The notes beneath the pieces are model-generated. The model searched no databases. It saw only the letters and a list, made by a program, of their open reading frames with translations, and was not told the DNA's origin. The position numbers and the translations under genes are program-made. A DNA stretch of 61,231 bases, filler included, from Circinaria calcarea (taxonomy: Eukaryota), in NCBI GenBank assembly GCA_051942165.1. It is 10 parts of 10 records of this genome, joined end to end, with 100 filler letters (N's around TTAATTAATTAA, not from the genome) between each part and the next. Parts side by side here need not be neighbours in the genome. Positions count along the whole stretch, not along the records: positions 30,697 to 36,725 come from JAVECS010001695.1; positions 36,826 to 42,854 come from JAVECS010001696.1; positions 42,955 to 48,982 come from JAVECS010001697.1; 7 more parts are not named here. One strand, 5' to 3'. Shown here one piece after another: positions 34,554 to 47,746 of this stretch (its first letter is position 1; each line of letters opens with the position of its first letter).

Positions 34554-36725
34554 ATGGCCACGCAGCCTGGCTACTCGTGAGACTTGACGATATCGAAACG
34601 TTAACCGTTACTAACGGATGCGCAGGATCAATGTCAACGATCCCGGCCTAATCACACTCGTCAACAAGCTTCAAGATGTCTTTACTACAGTAGGAGTATG
34701 TGTTAAAGTTACAGCTGGTACAACTGGATCATCACGCTGACTGTTGTTGCCTACAGGTACAAAACCCGATAGACCTACCCCAAATCGCCGTCGTCGGTTC
34801 GCAATCTAGCGGGAAGAGCTCGGTCTTGGAGAATATAGTAGGGAGAGATTTGTATGTACCATTTACGAGGGCGAGGAGATCTCCGGAGATCTACCACGGC
34901 GCTGACAGGCCACATCTATAGCTTACCACGAGGGACCGGTATAGTCACGAGACGACCTCTCATCCTTCAGCTCATCAACAGGTCCTCGCCAGAACAACCT
35001 CAACTACTGAACGGAGTAAATGGGGATTCAAAAGGCTCGGACAAGGAAGCCAACTCGTTGGAGTGGGGCGAGTTCCTCCATATACCCGGTCAGAAATTCT
35101 ATGATTTCAACAAGATTCGAGATGAGATTGTCAAGGAAACAGAATCAAAAACTGGGCGAAACGCCGGCATATCACCAGCACCCATCAACCTACGGATCTA
35201 CTCGCCGAACGTCTTGACCCTTACGCTGGTGGACTTGCCTGGCTTGACCAAGGTGCCGGTTGGAGACCAGCCAAGAGATATTGAAAAACAAATCAAGGAT
35301 ATGGTACTGAAGCAAATCCAAAAGCCTAATGCGATCATCCTAGCCGTCACTGCTGCAAACACAGATCTGGCCAATTCAGATGGGCTAAAGTTGGCTCGAG
35401 AGGTAGACCCTGAGGGTCAGCGAACAATCGGGGTCTTGACCAAAGTCGATTTGATGGATGAAGGAACTGACGTTGTGGATATCTTGGCTGGGAGAATAAT
35501 ACCCCTACGCCTGGGATATGTACCTGTGGTCAATCGAGGACAGCGAGATATTGAGAATAAGAGAGCAATATCCTTTGCGTTAGAGCATGAGAAGAACTTC
35601 TTTGAAAATCACAAAGCTTATCGGAATAAGAGCTCTTACTGCGGGACGCCATATCTTGCCCGGAAACTCAACCTTGTAAGGGGGCCAGTGATTTGGTATA
35701 CTTTCGTCAGATTAGCTAATACTTGCATAGATTCTTATGATGCATATCAAGCAAACGCTCCCAGACATCAAAGCTCGAATAACATCGTCCTTGCAGAAAT
35801 ACACTGCTGAGCTAAACCAACTTGGTGATTCCATGATGGGCAACAGTGGAAACATCATCTTGACCATTATTACGGATTTCTGCAACGAGTACAGAACAGT
35901 GCTAGAAGGTAGCAGCCAAGAGCTTTCCAACGTTGAATTGTCAGGTGGTGCGAGAATCAGTTTTGTCTTTCATGAACTGTACTCGAACGGAGTAAAAGCA
36001 ATGGATCCTTTTGACCAAGTAAAGGACGTCGATATTCGGACCTATCTCGTCAATTCCTCCGGTCCCTCTCCAGCACTATTTGTTGGTACGACAGCATTTG
36101 AATTGATTGTCAAACAACAGATCAAGCGATTGGAGGACCCAAGTGTTAAATGCGTATCATTGGTTTATGACGAGCTCGTCCGCATCCTCGCGCAACTGCT
36201 CACCAAGCAAATGTTCCGACGATATCCATCCCTCAAAGAGAAATTCCACGCCGTTGTCATCAACTTCTTCAAGAAAGTAATGGAACCAACCAACAAACTT
36301 GTCAAGGACCTCGTAGCAATGGAAGCATGCTACATCAACACTGGTCACCCAGACTTCCTCAACGGGCATAGAGTAGGTGAAGTTTTCTCTCAACTCTACT
36401 CCAAAGGAGCAGATCCGTCATACACTCCCTACATTTCTCCATTAAAATCTAAATCACACACTATGCCATCTCCTGCAAAATCTAACTATTCAAACCTACA
36501 GGCAATGGCAATTGTCAACGAACGACATAGTGCCAGTAAGCCTACCCAAGTTGACCCCAAGACGGGCAAACCTCTCCCGCCGCAGATGCCACCGCGTGCA
36601 GCAAGTCCATCGATGGATACGCTAGCAGACAATAGTAACGCAGGATTTTTTGGGAGTTTCTTTGCACCAAAAAACAAGAAGAAGATGGCGGCAATGGAAT
36701 CGCCCCCACCAGTATTAAAGGCATC
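34554..36725 (+). CDS. VPS1: dynamin-like GTPase Vps1 (3' truncated)
   Basis: [38 protein letters not shown]; Vps1-type [10 protein letters not shown] and [17 protein letters not shown]. Confidence 0.95.
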
Positions 36726-39700
36726 NNNNNNNNNNNNNNNNNNNNNNNNNNNNNNNNNNNNNNNNNNNNTTAATTAATTAANNNNNNNNNNNNNNNNNNN
36801 NNNNNNNNNNNNNNNNNNNNNNNNNGAGGTCACCTGCCCGATGACGATGTTGTGGCAGTGGCCCAGGATGGAGACGTCGTCGCCGATGGCGTGGCGAAGC
36901 GATCGGCCTAATATGTCTGTCTTGCCGACAACTAAGGTTGTGATCGTCCAAGGGAAAGTCATGCTCTTCGAGGCGAAGTCTGGGTCCGGGGAACCGTGAT
37001 TCCCAAGGTGGTTCGCGAGCAGGGCGACGGTTGAAGGCACTTCGCTCCCGAGGAACTACTGAAAGGATGTTAGAATGCCTTTTGGGAAAGAAGAAAGAGC
37101 TCTTGTGAAAATGAAGAAGAGGCTTACGTTTTAGCCCGCCATGATTTCTAGGTGGTGTCTGATGTCTGGAGTTGGGGTAGGCGTAGCATCCATGCGAAAG
37201 GTAGGGGTCCTGATAAGCTCTCTCTCCTCTCAACATCCGCTGTCGGTATTCGGCAATATCTTTTAGCCCTGCTAGCTTCACAAGAGCATTGCCGAAGGGG
37301 ACCATGATTGAACAGCCGAAATGTAATGAAAGAGCTATCTGTGATTGCCACAAGTGCTCTAATGACCTTGTGTGTTTGTATCTGAAAGGTTTCCTTTTCG
37401 AGGTTCCTTGATCAGAAGACTTATGAAGAAAGTGATCTCGTGTACCGCCTTTGATTGCTTGCTATTCAGGACATAGGCAATGCACCAACATAATTTCGTA
37501 CTTGTACTTACCACTTTTGAGACTGGCAGATTTGCAGAAACCTCAGCTTTATAGTAGCACCAAACACCGGTGACTCACGCTGCTTTCGGCTTGATTGTTT
37601 GCTGCCTAAAGCGAAGCAAACACAGTCGCCGGCTAATGACAGCGAAGTAGCCGTTTAGCCACGAGCAATCGTATGTACAAGCTGTAGGTATATAGTCGGA
37701 TATGACGAGAAGATTTTATCCTCATTTAGATCAGAAACATGTGCTGGGGAATGAAACAAGCGATCGGTAAGCAAGTGAGATAGGAGACATGAAGAGTATA
37801 GGTCTAGATCCATGACCGATCCAGATGAAGATATCAGTTAAATGCGTACTCAAACCGAGATAGCCTATTATCCGTTGCAATAGGTATGAGAATACTGAAC
37901 AACCTGTAAAGGGCCTTGGAGAGGTTTAAGAAAGCTCTGGTCATCCGTGGCGAGGTGTCGGAGTTGATGGCTCTGCAGACACAGCACGAGCAGAGAGTAA
38001 CAGGTCTAGATTCATGAATGGCCTAGGACATCCTACCTCCCACATGCATGCTGCACCCAAGCGAGGGCTATGCGTGATTTCTAGACAATCTTGGGCAAGC
38101 TGTTTGATCGCACCAACATACCTCCCGGATGTTAATTCGAAATCTATTGTTAAACCTGTAGAGATGTGCTGTATTTCCGTATCCTTCGATGAGTTTTCAG
38201 CTCGCCGATCCAGTTTTCTGAAAGCATCACGTTGACACAGTCTTATCTTTCCATGAAGTACATGTTATGACAGCCTTCTGTGTTTCATCCTATCACCAAG
38301 TTTTCTTTGAAATCCTACAGAGAGGTTGGATCACCCACTTCAATGATCCTATCCCAGTGGTAGAACATGAGCTAGTCCGGCTCCTCGACGGGCCGTAGCG
38401 CCTCGCAGTGGCACATCGTGCCTAGATCAACCTGAAGAATACTGCGCTCACCGGACCCCTGGTTGTGTCTTTGCCATCAGAGCCGGATATCACATAATTC
38501 GGTCTATACGTAGTAGCTGTTATTGGTGTTACTGAACGGGAAGTAGTTTCTGATATCACATCAGCCTTCAATTCGTAATCTCCTTTACCTTTTCCCCAAG
38601 TCAGATCTCCGTTAAGGTTCAAGATAATATGTACTCTTGTTTCAGCTACAAATACACTACCTCGGGATTCCCAGTCAAACGGCTTCGGTCCATGTTCCGA
38701 GGTTCAATGACCAATCGACTCCCTATTCGACTTCACTCTCATGCTTTGGTAACCCCAGCAAGGGGTTGGGAGGAGGTTCAGACACTGGATATTCTCCTTG
38801 CAAATAGATATGAGGAAAAACCAAGTTCTGGGTCTCTGGGACTCGTTAATGTTTGCTTTTAGGTTCTTGTATGGTTGGGAGTCTATATGATACTGGCTTG
38901 CCTATATAGCGTTGAAATTCGGTGCCAAACCCTCCATGGCTATCAAGCTAGTATTAGCAATGTCCTCCAACAAGCATCTTATCAAGACTGATATAGCATG
39001 GTTGCTAGATTGACAGGCACGCCATCTCCAATGGTGATTGGCCTTGCTCTTGTTCTCGCCGTTTTACCCTGGCCTGTGGCTAAGCAGGTCATCATAAAGC
39101 CATGCTGTAACTGAGCCGGTTATGTTACGGAAGGTCGAGCATATGCATAGCCGGCTCGGTTCTGTTCTGCACTGGGGGGTTGTCGGCGGTTTAATAAGAA
39201 GATCCTATTTGGTAGATTCGTGAATGGAGTGTCGAGAGTAAATCGTCCTCACGAAGAACACGACAGGCACAAGGACTGTGTTAGCAACCACACAGGTGAG
39301 GCATGTAGGGGAGGTATTTCTTGAAGCACGCTCTGACGAAAATCCTACATGGCTTCAACATAGATTCAACGCTTGGCACTTTGAAGTATACTAGGTACAA
39401 TATCTTAGTTCGTTCACTCTGTAGCTGTTTATCATATGCCGTGATAGGGTATATAAGAGGCTAGACACATAATAGGCAGCAGTCAGTCTAGAGAAGGACC
39501 TAATATCTCGCAGCCTCGGGAACAAAGATGCTGCCGTCGATAGCCGCGAAGATTACACGATTCACTTACGATACAAGTGGAACCTGGACGGCGTCTGAGT
39601 CACAACACGGAGCGAAGTACTAAACTGGTGTATCATTATGAACTATCATTCGTGACAAATTCCCGTATGCTTGGAGTGGAGCCTCTCGCCTGCTCAAGCG

Positions 39701-39782
39701 GCACGCAACCACGGATTGTAATCCACACAAACTCACCACGGAAGAGCACTCATAATCAACACTTACAACTAGGAGTCACTCG

Positions 39783-42700
39783 ATGACCCCGTCCTTTAAA
39801 TCCTCAAGACGTTTGAAATCGGGGACGCCTCAAAGTAACACTACTCCCTCTGTTACCTCCAGTCATTCTGCAACCCCCGAATTTACGCCCTCCGTTACAC
39901 CGCCTCACGAAAAGCAGTCATTACTAGGGCATCTTGAGGACATCACAACGATGGACGAGATCAAAGAGAAGGCTTCGGAAACGAAGAGTGATACACTGCC
40001 TGTAGTTGCCGAGGACAAAGTTGACGAGGGTACAACAAATGTTGCGGAGTCAACGAAGAAAGTGAAATGCAAGAGACTTGGCTGCAAAGCTCACACGACT
40101 TCCAAGAAGCCATCCAAGTCAAAAAAGAAAGCTCCGTCGAATGATAGCTCAAGTTCCAGCTCGTCCTCGTCTAGCGATAGCGAATCTGATCAATCCGAAT
40201 CATCTTCAGAGGAAGACCGCAGAAAGTCAAAGAAGAAGAATCGGAAGAGAAAGGCCAGGTCGAGCAGAAAGAAGGATTCCAGCGAAGAGGAAACAGAGTC
40301 CAGTGACGAGACAAGCACAGACGAAGACAAGAAGAAAAAAAGGAAGAAGAGGAAGAAATCGAAGAAAACTCGCAAAACAGCGTCAAGTACTGAGGATGAG
40401 AATGAAAAAGATGACGACCCTGTTGCTCGTGCTCAAGCCCAGTTGGACGCGTTGAATTTGAGACGACGGGGGTACTTGGGCCATGGAGGTAACGTGAGGA
40501 TCGGTCAGCGTCAAGTGCTGGATGAAGTGAAGAAGCCTTCTGGGAGCAAGACCAAAACAACTGAAAAAAGGACAAAGGACTCCAAGCCGGCATATTTCCG
40601 TGTCGATCAGCTCTGGGATACAAGTCGACACAATTGGAACTTGACCCAGACCTCAGAGAAACAGGGTGAGGACGAATATGGCAAATACATCTTCCACGTT
40701 CGCCGCAAGTTTGACTGGGAAGGCAAATACGACAGCACTGTGGTCGATATCAAGTCAAAGGCTCTGAAGGAAGCTTTGAAGTCTGTTATGGGCGAATGCA
40801 AAGCTGTATCGCTAGAAGAGAAAACCCCCGCTATAGATCCGAACATGCTGTTTATGTATCTAGAAGAGATTCGTGCTCATATGAACGAGCTCACGGTCAA
40901 GAGCAAGAGTGAAGACAAGAAGAAGGCGAAGAAGTTAAAGGTCAAAGCATCTCATGTTAAGGTGCTTGTCAAATTCCTCGACAAAGACTACTCCGAGACC
41001 AAGAAAACGCTCTATCCTCTGCTTGAGGCCAACCTTATCACATTCGACCTGCTCTGGTTTCTTTACAAAAGCAATGAGATAGCGTACTGTCCTACATACT
41101 CCAACCTGGACGAACCTCGTGCCTTTAAGATTGAGTACGCTACGAAGGAGTCATCTTTTGTTAGGGGAACATGGTATAACATCGAGGGCAAATATTTTGA
41201 GTATGACGGGAAGACACATGGACGAGGTTCTTTGGAGGTCGAAGTAGAATCGTTCAAAGGACCCAAGCCCATAACGTCGTTGGCCTGCTATCCTTTAAAG
41301 TATCACAAGGAACCAGAACAGCTCCGCGAAGAACTGATTCAACGGGGCAGGAAGTTCCTTGCTCTAAAAGGCATGAACTATCGTTTCCACAAAGGAATGG
41401 CATTTTACAAGAAGAAGCGTCAAGTGATCAAAGTCAATATCAATGGGAGGATCATGATAGACCCTGCAGGGCATAGAAGGTATGGATAAGTCCACAATCT
41501 AATGACACTTGTAAAAGGTTATTGGCACTAATACCCGTCAAGAATAAACCCCAATTACCCAGTGTCGACGGTGAAGGCAGCAGACCCCGATATCTTGTCG
41601 GAAGAGGAGAATAGTGATGAGGACGGCTGCGGGTGCTGTCAGAGTGATGATGAGGGCGCCCAAAAGGGGCAAGACCCGTTAGCTGATGCAGACAAACCCA
41701 GAATCAAAATGAAGTTGGTCATGGATAAACAGAACCGTGCACATGTAGTTGAGGTGGAAGTCGACGAAAATGGCAACGAAATCAAACGAGAAAAAATAGA
41801 CCGTAAAACAGACCAAGAGGAGTTTGGTGAGGAGGACTTGCTTATTGCATCTCCAGTAGTTCTAGGGTTCTCGTTTTCAGAAAAGTGGGTCGAGGTACTG
41901 TCTGTCCCTAACCCCAAATCCTGCTGACATGTTCCTCAGACTCTGGCTTGAATTCACAGTATCCGGGATTAGCGATATCGAATGGAACGATCAAGCCTTT
42001 GAGTCGTTGCAACTTCCAGAAAACCAGAAAGCTATTGTCAAAGCTCTGGTGGAGTCCCATACCCAGCAGGCTAGCTGCAATATTGACGATGTTGTGCAAG
42101 GCAAAGGTCGTGGGCTTGTCGCTGTCTTACATGGTCCACCCGGAACTGGCAAGACGCTTACAGCGGAAGGAATAGCTGAACTGCTCAAGTGCCCGCTATA
42201 TATGGTAAGCCACATTTGAAATCATAGACTTGTGGGTTACCCGTCTGACAATAGCTAGGTCTCGGCAGGAGAGCTGGGAACGAATCCAAGGGAACTTGAG
42301 TTAGAACTCAACAAAATTCTGGAAATAGCGCATTCCTGGGGTGCAATACTTTTACTTGATGAAGCGGACGTATGTACAGCATTGGCGTCTTCTTCTCGCA
42401 ATCAGACATCCTAACATGTGCTGTAGGTTTTCTTAGAAAAGCGGACAATCCAAGGTAAGAACGGAGACGACACACATTTTCAATGCCGGTCCTGGCTAAT
42501 CGCGTGCAAAGATATTCACAGGAATGCCCTCGTATCCATATTCCTGCGGTTGCTCGAGTACTTCCAAGGTAATCTTTCCTGCTAGCCCACATCTACGAGT
42601 CTAAATTGATAACTTCACCAGGTATCTTGTTCCTCACCACCAACCGCGTCGAAACCTTCGATGATGCCTTCCAATCTCGTATCCATGTTGCTCTGCGTTA

Positions 42701-42854
42701 CGGTGAATTAACCATGAAAGCCAAGCGGGCGGTATGGCAGATGTTCATCGGCAAGGTGAAAGAGATTGCCGGAGTCGAGATTGCGGTCTTCAAGGAGTCG
42801 GACTATGATAAGCTGGCCAAGCATACTCTCAACGGCAGACAGGTTAGCAATTTT
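39783..42854 (+). CDS. fungal AAA+ ATPase with Ser/Lys/Glu-rich N-terminus (3' truncated, multi-exon)
   Basis: Walker A LHGPPGTGKT, Walker B LLLDEADVFL, sensor FLTTNRVETFDDAFQSRIH and LNGRQ; upstream ITFDLLWFL..ITSLACYPL..GRIMID region typical of this fungal family. Confidence 0.92.
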
Positions 42855-43728
42855 NNNNNNNNNNNNNNNNNNNNNNNNNNNNNNNNNNNNNNNNNNNNTT
42901 AATTAATTAANNNNNNNNNNNNNNNNNNNNNNNNNNNNNNNNNNNNNNNNNNNNTTCATCAAAACGAACCCCCCCACCCCCTCCCCCAAATTCGCATAGC
43001 GCAGATCCTCGGGTAACAAGTCCACGAATTCTCTTACCAGAATATCAGAACCAAGTCCTCCCAGAAAGTTTCTCCAAAAATTCCCTTTCCTAACCAGGGA
43101 CGGGAGGGGTTTTAAACATTTCCAGAGGCCGGGAAAACGAGGGAAAGAGAGGGGATGGGGACTGTTCTGCATGGAGTGATTTAGGGTAATTAATCGTATT
43201 CAATTCGCCTCCAAAGGGGGGGCGGAGGGGGCGTTTGGCAAAGAAGGGCCAAAAAAAAAAAGAACGAGGTGGATGTATAATCACGTTTCTCCAATTTTCG
43301 AATTATCCTGTCTTGAGTGACTTGTATATATATATATACGTAAACTAGTTTGACAGGATGAAATGATGGACTTTTGGCAGTTTGGTAAGGGAACCAACAA
43401 CCATCGAGGGTGCTACGAACCTGGTGGTCGGTGGGTGTTTCAGTGCGGTTGTAATGCAAGGGAAGTGGTAGATCGGTAGTCTCGCGTTTTTGAAACTAGA
43501 CTATCTGCATGTGCGACGAGTGCGTGGCTTCCATAAAGTACCTACCTAGCCAGCCGCGTGAACGATCCGCCTTTCGTAGCAAGAGGCAAGCGCCATCTCC
43601 CACCCACCAAATCATCCCAGGCAAGCCTATCAGATCCGTTCAGCAGCTATCATCCCTCTCTGATCTCCAGGTGCGCATTCATTGTCAAGACAGGGGGATA
43701 CCATATCCCGCAAAGCGCCTCAACCCTC

Positions 43729-45043
43729 CTAACCATCCAACCCCCAGTCGCTCCCCGACTCCTCCGCCTTCTTGTCAGCAGTACCGTCACAGCCGCCATT
43801 GTAAGCAACGCGGATGGTATCCTCGTCCAGTTCCTCTTCATCGGGAGTTGGGGTGCGAGCAGGAGCTTTACCGGGCATACCCTTCCAAGGGCTCTTGCTG
43901 ACAGTCTTGCCTTTCTTGTTGGGGGATTTTGCGGTATCCTCGTCGAGCTCATGTTCTTCGGATGCAGCGCCGACAGGCGTGACAGCTTTGGTAGGCCTGC
44001 TCTTCCCCTTTGGGGTGACGTTCCTTTCAACCTTTTTCGGTGGGGAGGCGGTGATGTCTTCATCGAGCTCCTCTTCTTCGGACCTAGCGCGAATAGGTGT
44101 TGTAGTTTTCGCAAACATTCCCTCTGCCTTTCTGGTAATGTTGTTCTTGGCTCTTTTGGTGGGAGACGCCACAATATCCTCATCGAGATCATCTTCCTCG
44201 GAAGCGGCGTGCACAGGTGTGAGAGCTTTAACGAATGTTCCGCTGCTCTTGGCCTTCTTGCTCGGAGATGACATAGTGTCGGAATCTTCGGTACTGAAGC
44301 TTTTGCGGGCTTTCTTGTTTCGGGTAGTCATAGTGGTGGTGGTGTCTTCTGCACCAGAGTGGACGCGTTTACGGCTACCGTTGCAGATCCCGGTGTTCTT
44401 TGTGGGGCTTGGGGTAACTTCTTCTTCTTCTTCTTCTTCTTCATCGTCGCTAGAAGTAGCTTCTTTCTTGATAGCAGCAGGGCGGCCACGACCACGCTTT
44501 AGGCCCGTATCATTGGCGGGTTCTTTGATGGCTCTCGGCTTTCGGGGATTAGAATTCGGAGCACGAGGATTAGCACCTTCTTTAGCTTCAACCTTAGCAC
44601 CTCCTTTGCCGACTACAAAATGGCTGGCGCCGTTTTCTTTGGCCATTGTCCGGATCTTGACTAAGCGTTCCTTCACGGCGCGGGCAGTGGGCATTTCACC
44701 CTTGTCAGCGGCTGTGGATTGCGGCGTTAGTAGATGGAATGAATAATTTAGATATCGATAAAAATGTGATGAACGAGAAGAAGGGTAAATAACTTACGCC
44801 AAGCGGCCGAGATAGCATTTGCATCGATGCTGACGTTGGATGTCTCAAGGATTTTCAACAAGAGCTGTGAAAAGTTAGCGATACTACAAGTAGTTAGAGG
44901 GGGAGGTGAGCCTAGATCGAGGTGAAGGGAAGTTGGCGCAAGTAATGTTCGTTGAGAGAGGATAAAGTTGAGGTGAAAGGGGAGGTGAGGTTACTGACAA
45001 GTTGGTCGTTCTCTGCCGTCCACTTCACCTTGGTAGTCATCAT
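43729..45043 (-). CDS. chromatin-type protein: N-terminal Myb/SANT-like helical domain, AT-hook, acidic tract and 4 x ~40-aa repeats
   Basis: Two 5' introns give MMTTKVKWTAENDQLLLLKILETSNVSIDANAISAAWPADKGEMPTARAVKERLVKIR; AT-hook KRGRGRP; repeats TPxxAxSEExELDEDxxxSPxKK. Confidence 0.75.
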
Positions 45044-47353
45044 GAACAAGTACGAGTGATAGTAATTGGAGTTGCTTGTGCGAAGAAGATTTGCGTCGTT
45101 GAGATTGAGTCAAAGAGGGTCAGGTATTGTAATTTGTATGGAGTGTAGTTGACGGGAAGAGAGCTCGGAGTAGCTTATGTTGGTCTAGCTACGGCTAACT
45201 CTAGATGAGAGTAGAGCGAGGTTTGATTTCGTTGAAGGTGAAGTAAGGAGAAGTGGTCGAGAGGAGTCGCAAGGGTATGGTAGAGGTTGGAAAGGAAGTC
45301 AAGGAATCTGGGGTGACCTAAGTGTGGATTCGAGCGATCGAAAGCGAGCATGGAACACTCAAGGCGATTCGAGCACGTGCTTTACAATGTCACCAGTTAC
45401 GAAGGAAATCATGCGAAGGATGCATGGTCACTGCAATGGCAAATCCTATATACATAACTCCCTATCTCAACCAATCCCCCAAACGTACATGGAAAAATGC
45501 CACTTAGCTGCAGGCATTCCGCATGGGCTCTACAGATCTCAACGCGGACTCCGAGTCACTACAGACTCTTTTGCATACTTGGGTGCAGATATTGCATACA
45601 ACGTGTCGTAACTCAACCCTGCAGCTTGTAATCATCTTGGAATCGAGGAGTTGCCATGTCGTTCAAGGATGAGATCTCAAGCTTATGATCTGCAGAAGCG
45701 AGGTTGCCGGCATTAGCGCCGCACCGTACAGGCGCCATACATCAGGAAGCTTGCTTCAAATATTCACATATCACATTTACAGCGTTCTGTAATGGTTGCC
45801 GATCCCAATGGTAGAGCGCCTCTAGGATTTCTCTGGCAGGGGAAAATAGAGAGTAGTACCGAAGAGATGACGGGAATAAACGACGTGCAGAATGAAAATC
45901 TGGGATGTCTGAGTGTCTGTCTACCTGCGGTTCGCCCTTGCCATACTCTGAGGCAGCAACTTTTCTTCGTCATTGTGATACGTAAACTTGATCAACCCTA
46001 GACTCCTTGATATATTTAGTGGTAACGGAGAGAAAAGACGGCTGCCACAGAATCCTGTGTGTCGGAATGCACCCTCCTGGAAATCCCCAGCCGGGAATAG
46101 GCTTTTTCTCTCGCTGGTGCAGGTCTTGTTTGTTTACGCGTTTTCTCCACTTTCTTCGAATGAGTGCGTTTTGAAGTGTCGGCAATGTCTAATGACTCAT
46201 ATCGGTACCTATGGAAATGATCTCTTTATGATGGAAGGGGGAAAAGGGAAACTGCGGTTATTCACTGTTTTAAACCAAGGACTTTGGCTACTTTACCTAA
46301 TCCTTAGAGAATGTTGGGATAAATGATTCTTCAAGTTCTGACAGGCCTGGCGATCTGCCAACGAGGCAGTTAATTCGGTTCTCATGATGCTTATCCAAGT
46401 TATCAGATAATACAAGTGTGGTAACTTTGGCAGTTTGTTTGGCAGCTGCTTAAGTCTGCACCTGTTGTGTTCCTACTGTGCATTCCCATCGAAATATCCT
46501 ACCAGCGACTCTCTATTGTTCAAGTAGTAGATACATTCTTCAACCCCAGTTTCAAACTGCCAATCGTCTCAAGACATTTGCAGATATCTCCTTCATATCC
46601 TGCTGGTGGGGCAATCGATTATGTACATCTTTTAAGCTGGGTTTACTTGCTTGAGTTATCAAGTATACTCTTAGCCCCGGAAGCAGTAAATGCCCTTCTT
46701 ATTATATGTGCGCTTACACACATCCATTGTCCGTTCTTTGAATATTATATCCTGCTGTTCATGAACTCAGTCCGCTTAGGGCTCTACTATCATTAAGGTC
46801 TCAACACGACACATGTTCGAATTCTAAATCGCCATCTCAACAAGTACGCGAAATGTAAAAATCGCCAGAGGCATGATAGTTAGCGGCTTGTGCTCTCGAA
46901 ATCCCTTCCAATCTCCTGGTGTATGGTTTCAATTTGACTCCGCATATCCGGTCTAAAGTCAGGCCGCGATGGCCTTTCATCAAGAAGCCGAGGAGGATAG
47001 TTGAGCTCCTGTGGGAGAAGAGGCGCCATATCCGGGCTCCGCGACCAGGTACCTCTCAACGTGTTTCTAAAGGAGCAAACCACAGCAGATCGATCTGACG
47101 ATATGCCTGGAAACAAACCAGGCACTCCTTCAGTACCGCCGGTAGATCTTTATCTACGAGAATCTCCACGTTCGGGCATGGGTCACAAGTGAGAGGCTCT
47201 CAGTCCAGGCTCGTCTTATATATGACATCTTCCTTTTCCATCCTTTTCGCCCTGAACGCCCAGAACCTGCCACAACCTCATCCTTTTGGTACCCCTACCC
47301 AACCACAAGAACCATTCTACTCCACGCTAACTCATTCCTCCAGCTTCGCCACC

Positions 47354-47746
47354 ATGTCTCGCGTCCGCGTCCGCGTGGTCAACGAGAACGTCGACTACGA
47401 TGCCCGAATGCTCATGGCCCTACTCCTCTACAGCCACATTAGGGTCGACGAAAAGAGCGCAGAGCAGATGGCTGCATATATGGGTCCGTAACACTTTCCT
47501 TCCCCCTATCTCCAACTTCTCCTGTTCCACCCTCAAGTCTCCATCAGATCCGCTTTTTTGATATCTCTACCCAACCCACTAACGGAGTCCCCATCAGGAG
47601 GAGGAATCTCCGCAGCGGACATGGCCTACGTGCTCCAAGTCCATACCAACCACCTCCTCCGGATCCAGACGATTGAAAGATATCCCTATCTCCGCGCTGC
47701 CGCGCTGCTACGTCTAGGATGTTACGAGTCGCCGTACGGGCATTAA
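47354..47746 (+). CDS. small (~92 aa) two-exon hypothetical protein, possibly Myb-like helical domain
   Basis: TATA near 47216, pyrimidine-rich leader, GCCACCATG start; intron GTCCGT..ACTAAC..CAG; MSRVRVRVVNENVDYDARMLMALLLYSHIRVDEKSAEQMAAYMGGGISAADMAYVLQVH.. Confidence 0.6.

Noticed and set aside
31768..36725. VMA1-VPS1 adjacency as a novel vacuolar gene cluster
   Set aside because: From recall this linkage is conserved microsynteny in filamentous ascomycetes; not novel
43558..44746. Long plus-strand ORFs (237 and 310 aa)
   Set aside because: Antisense shadows of the repetitive minus-strand gene, which has splice signals and recognisable motifs
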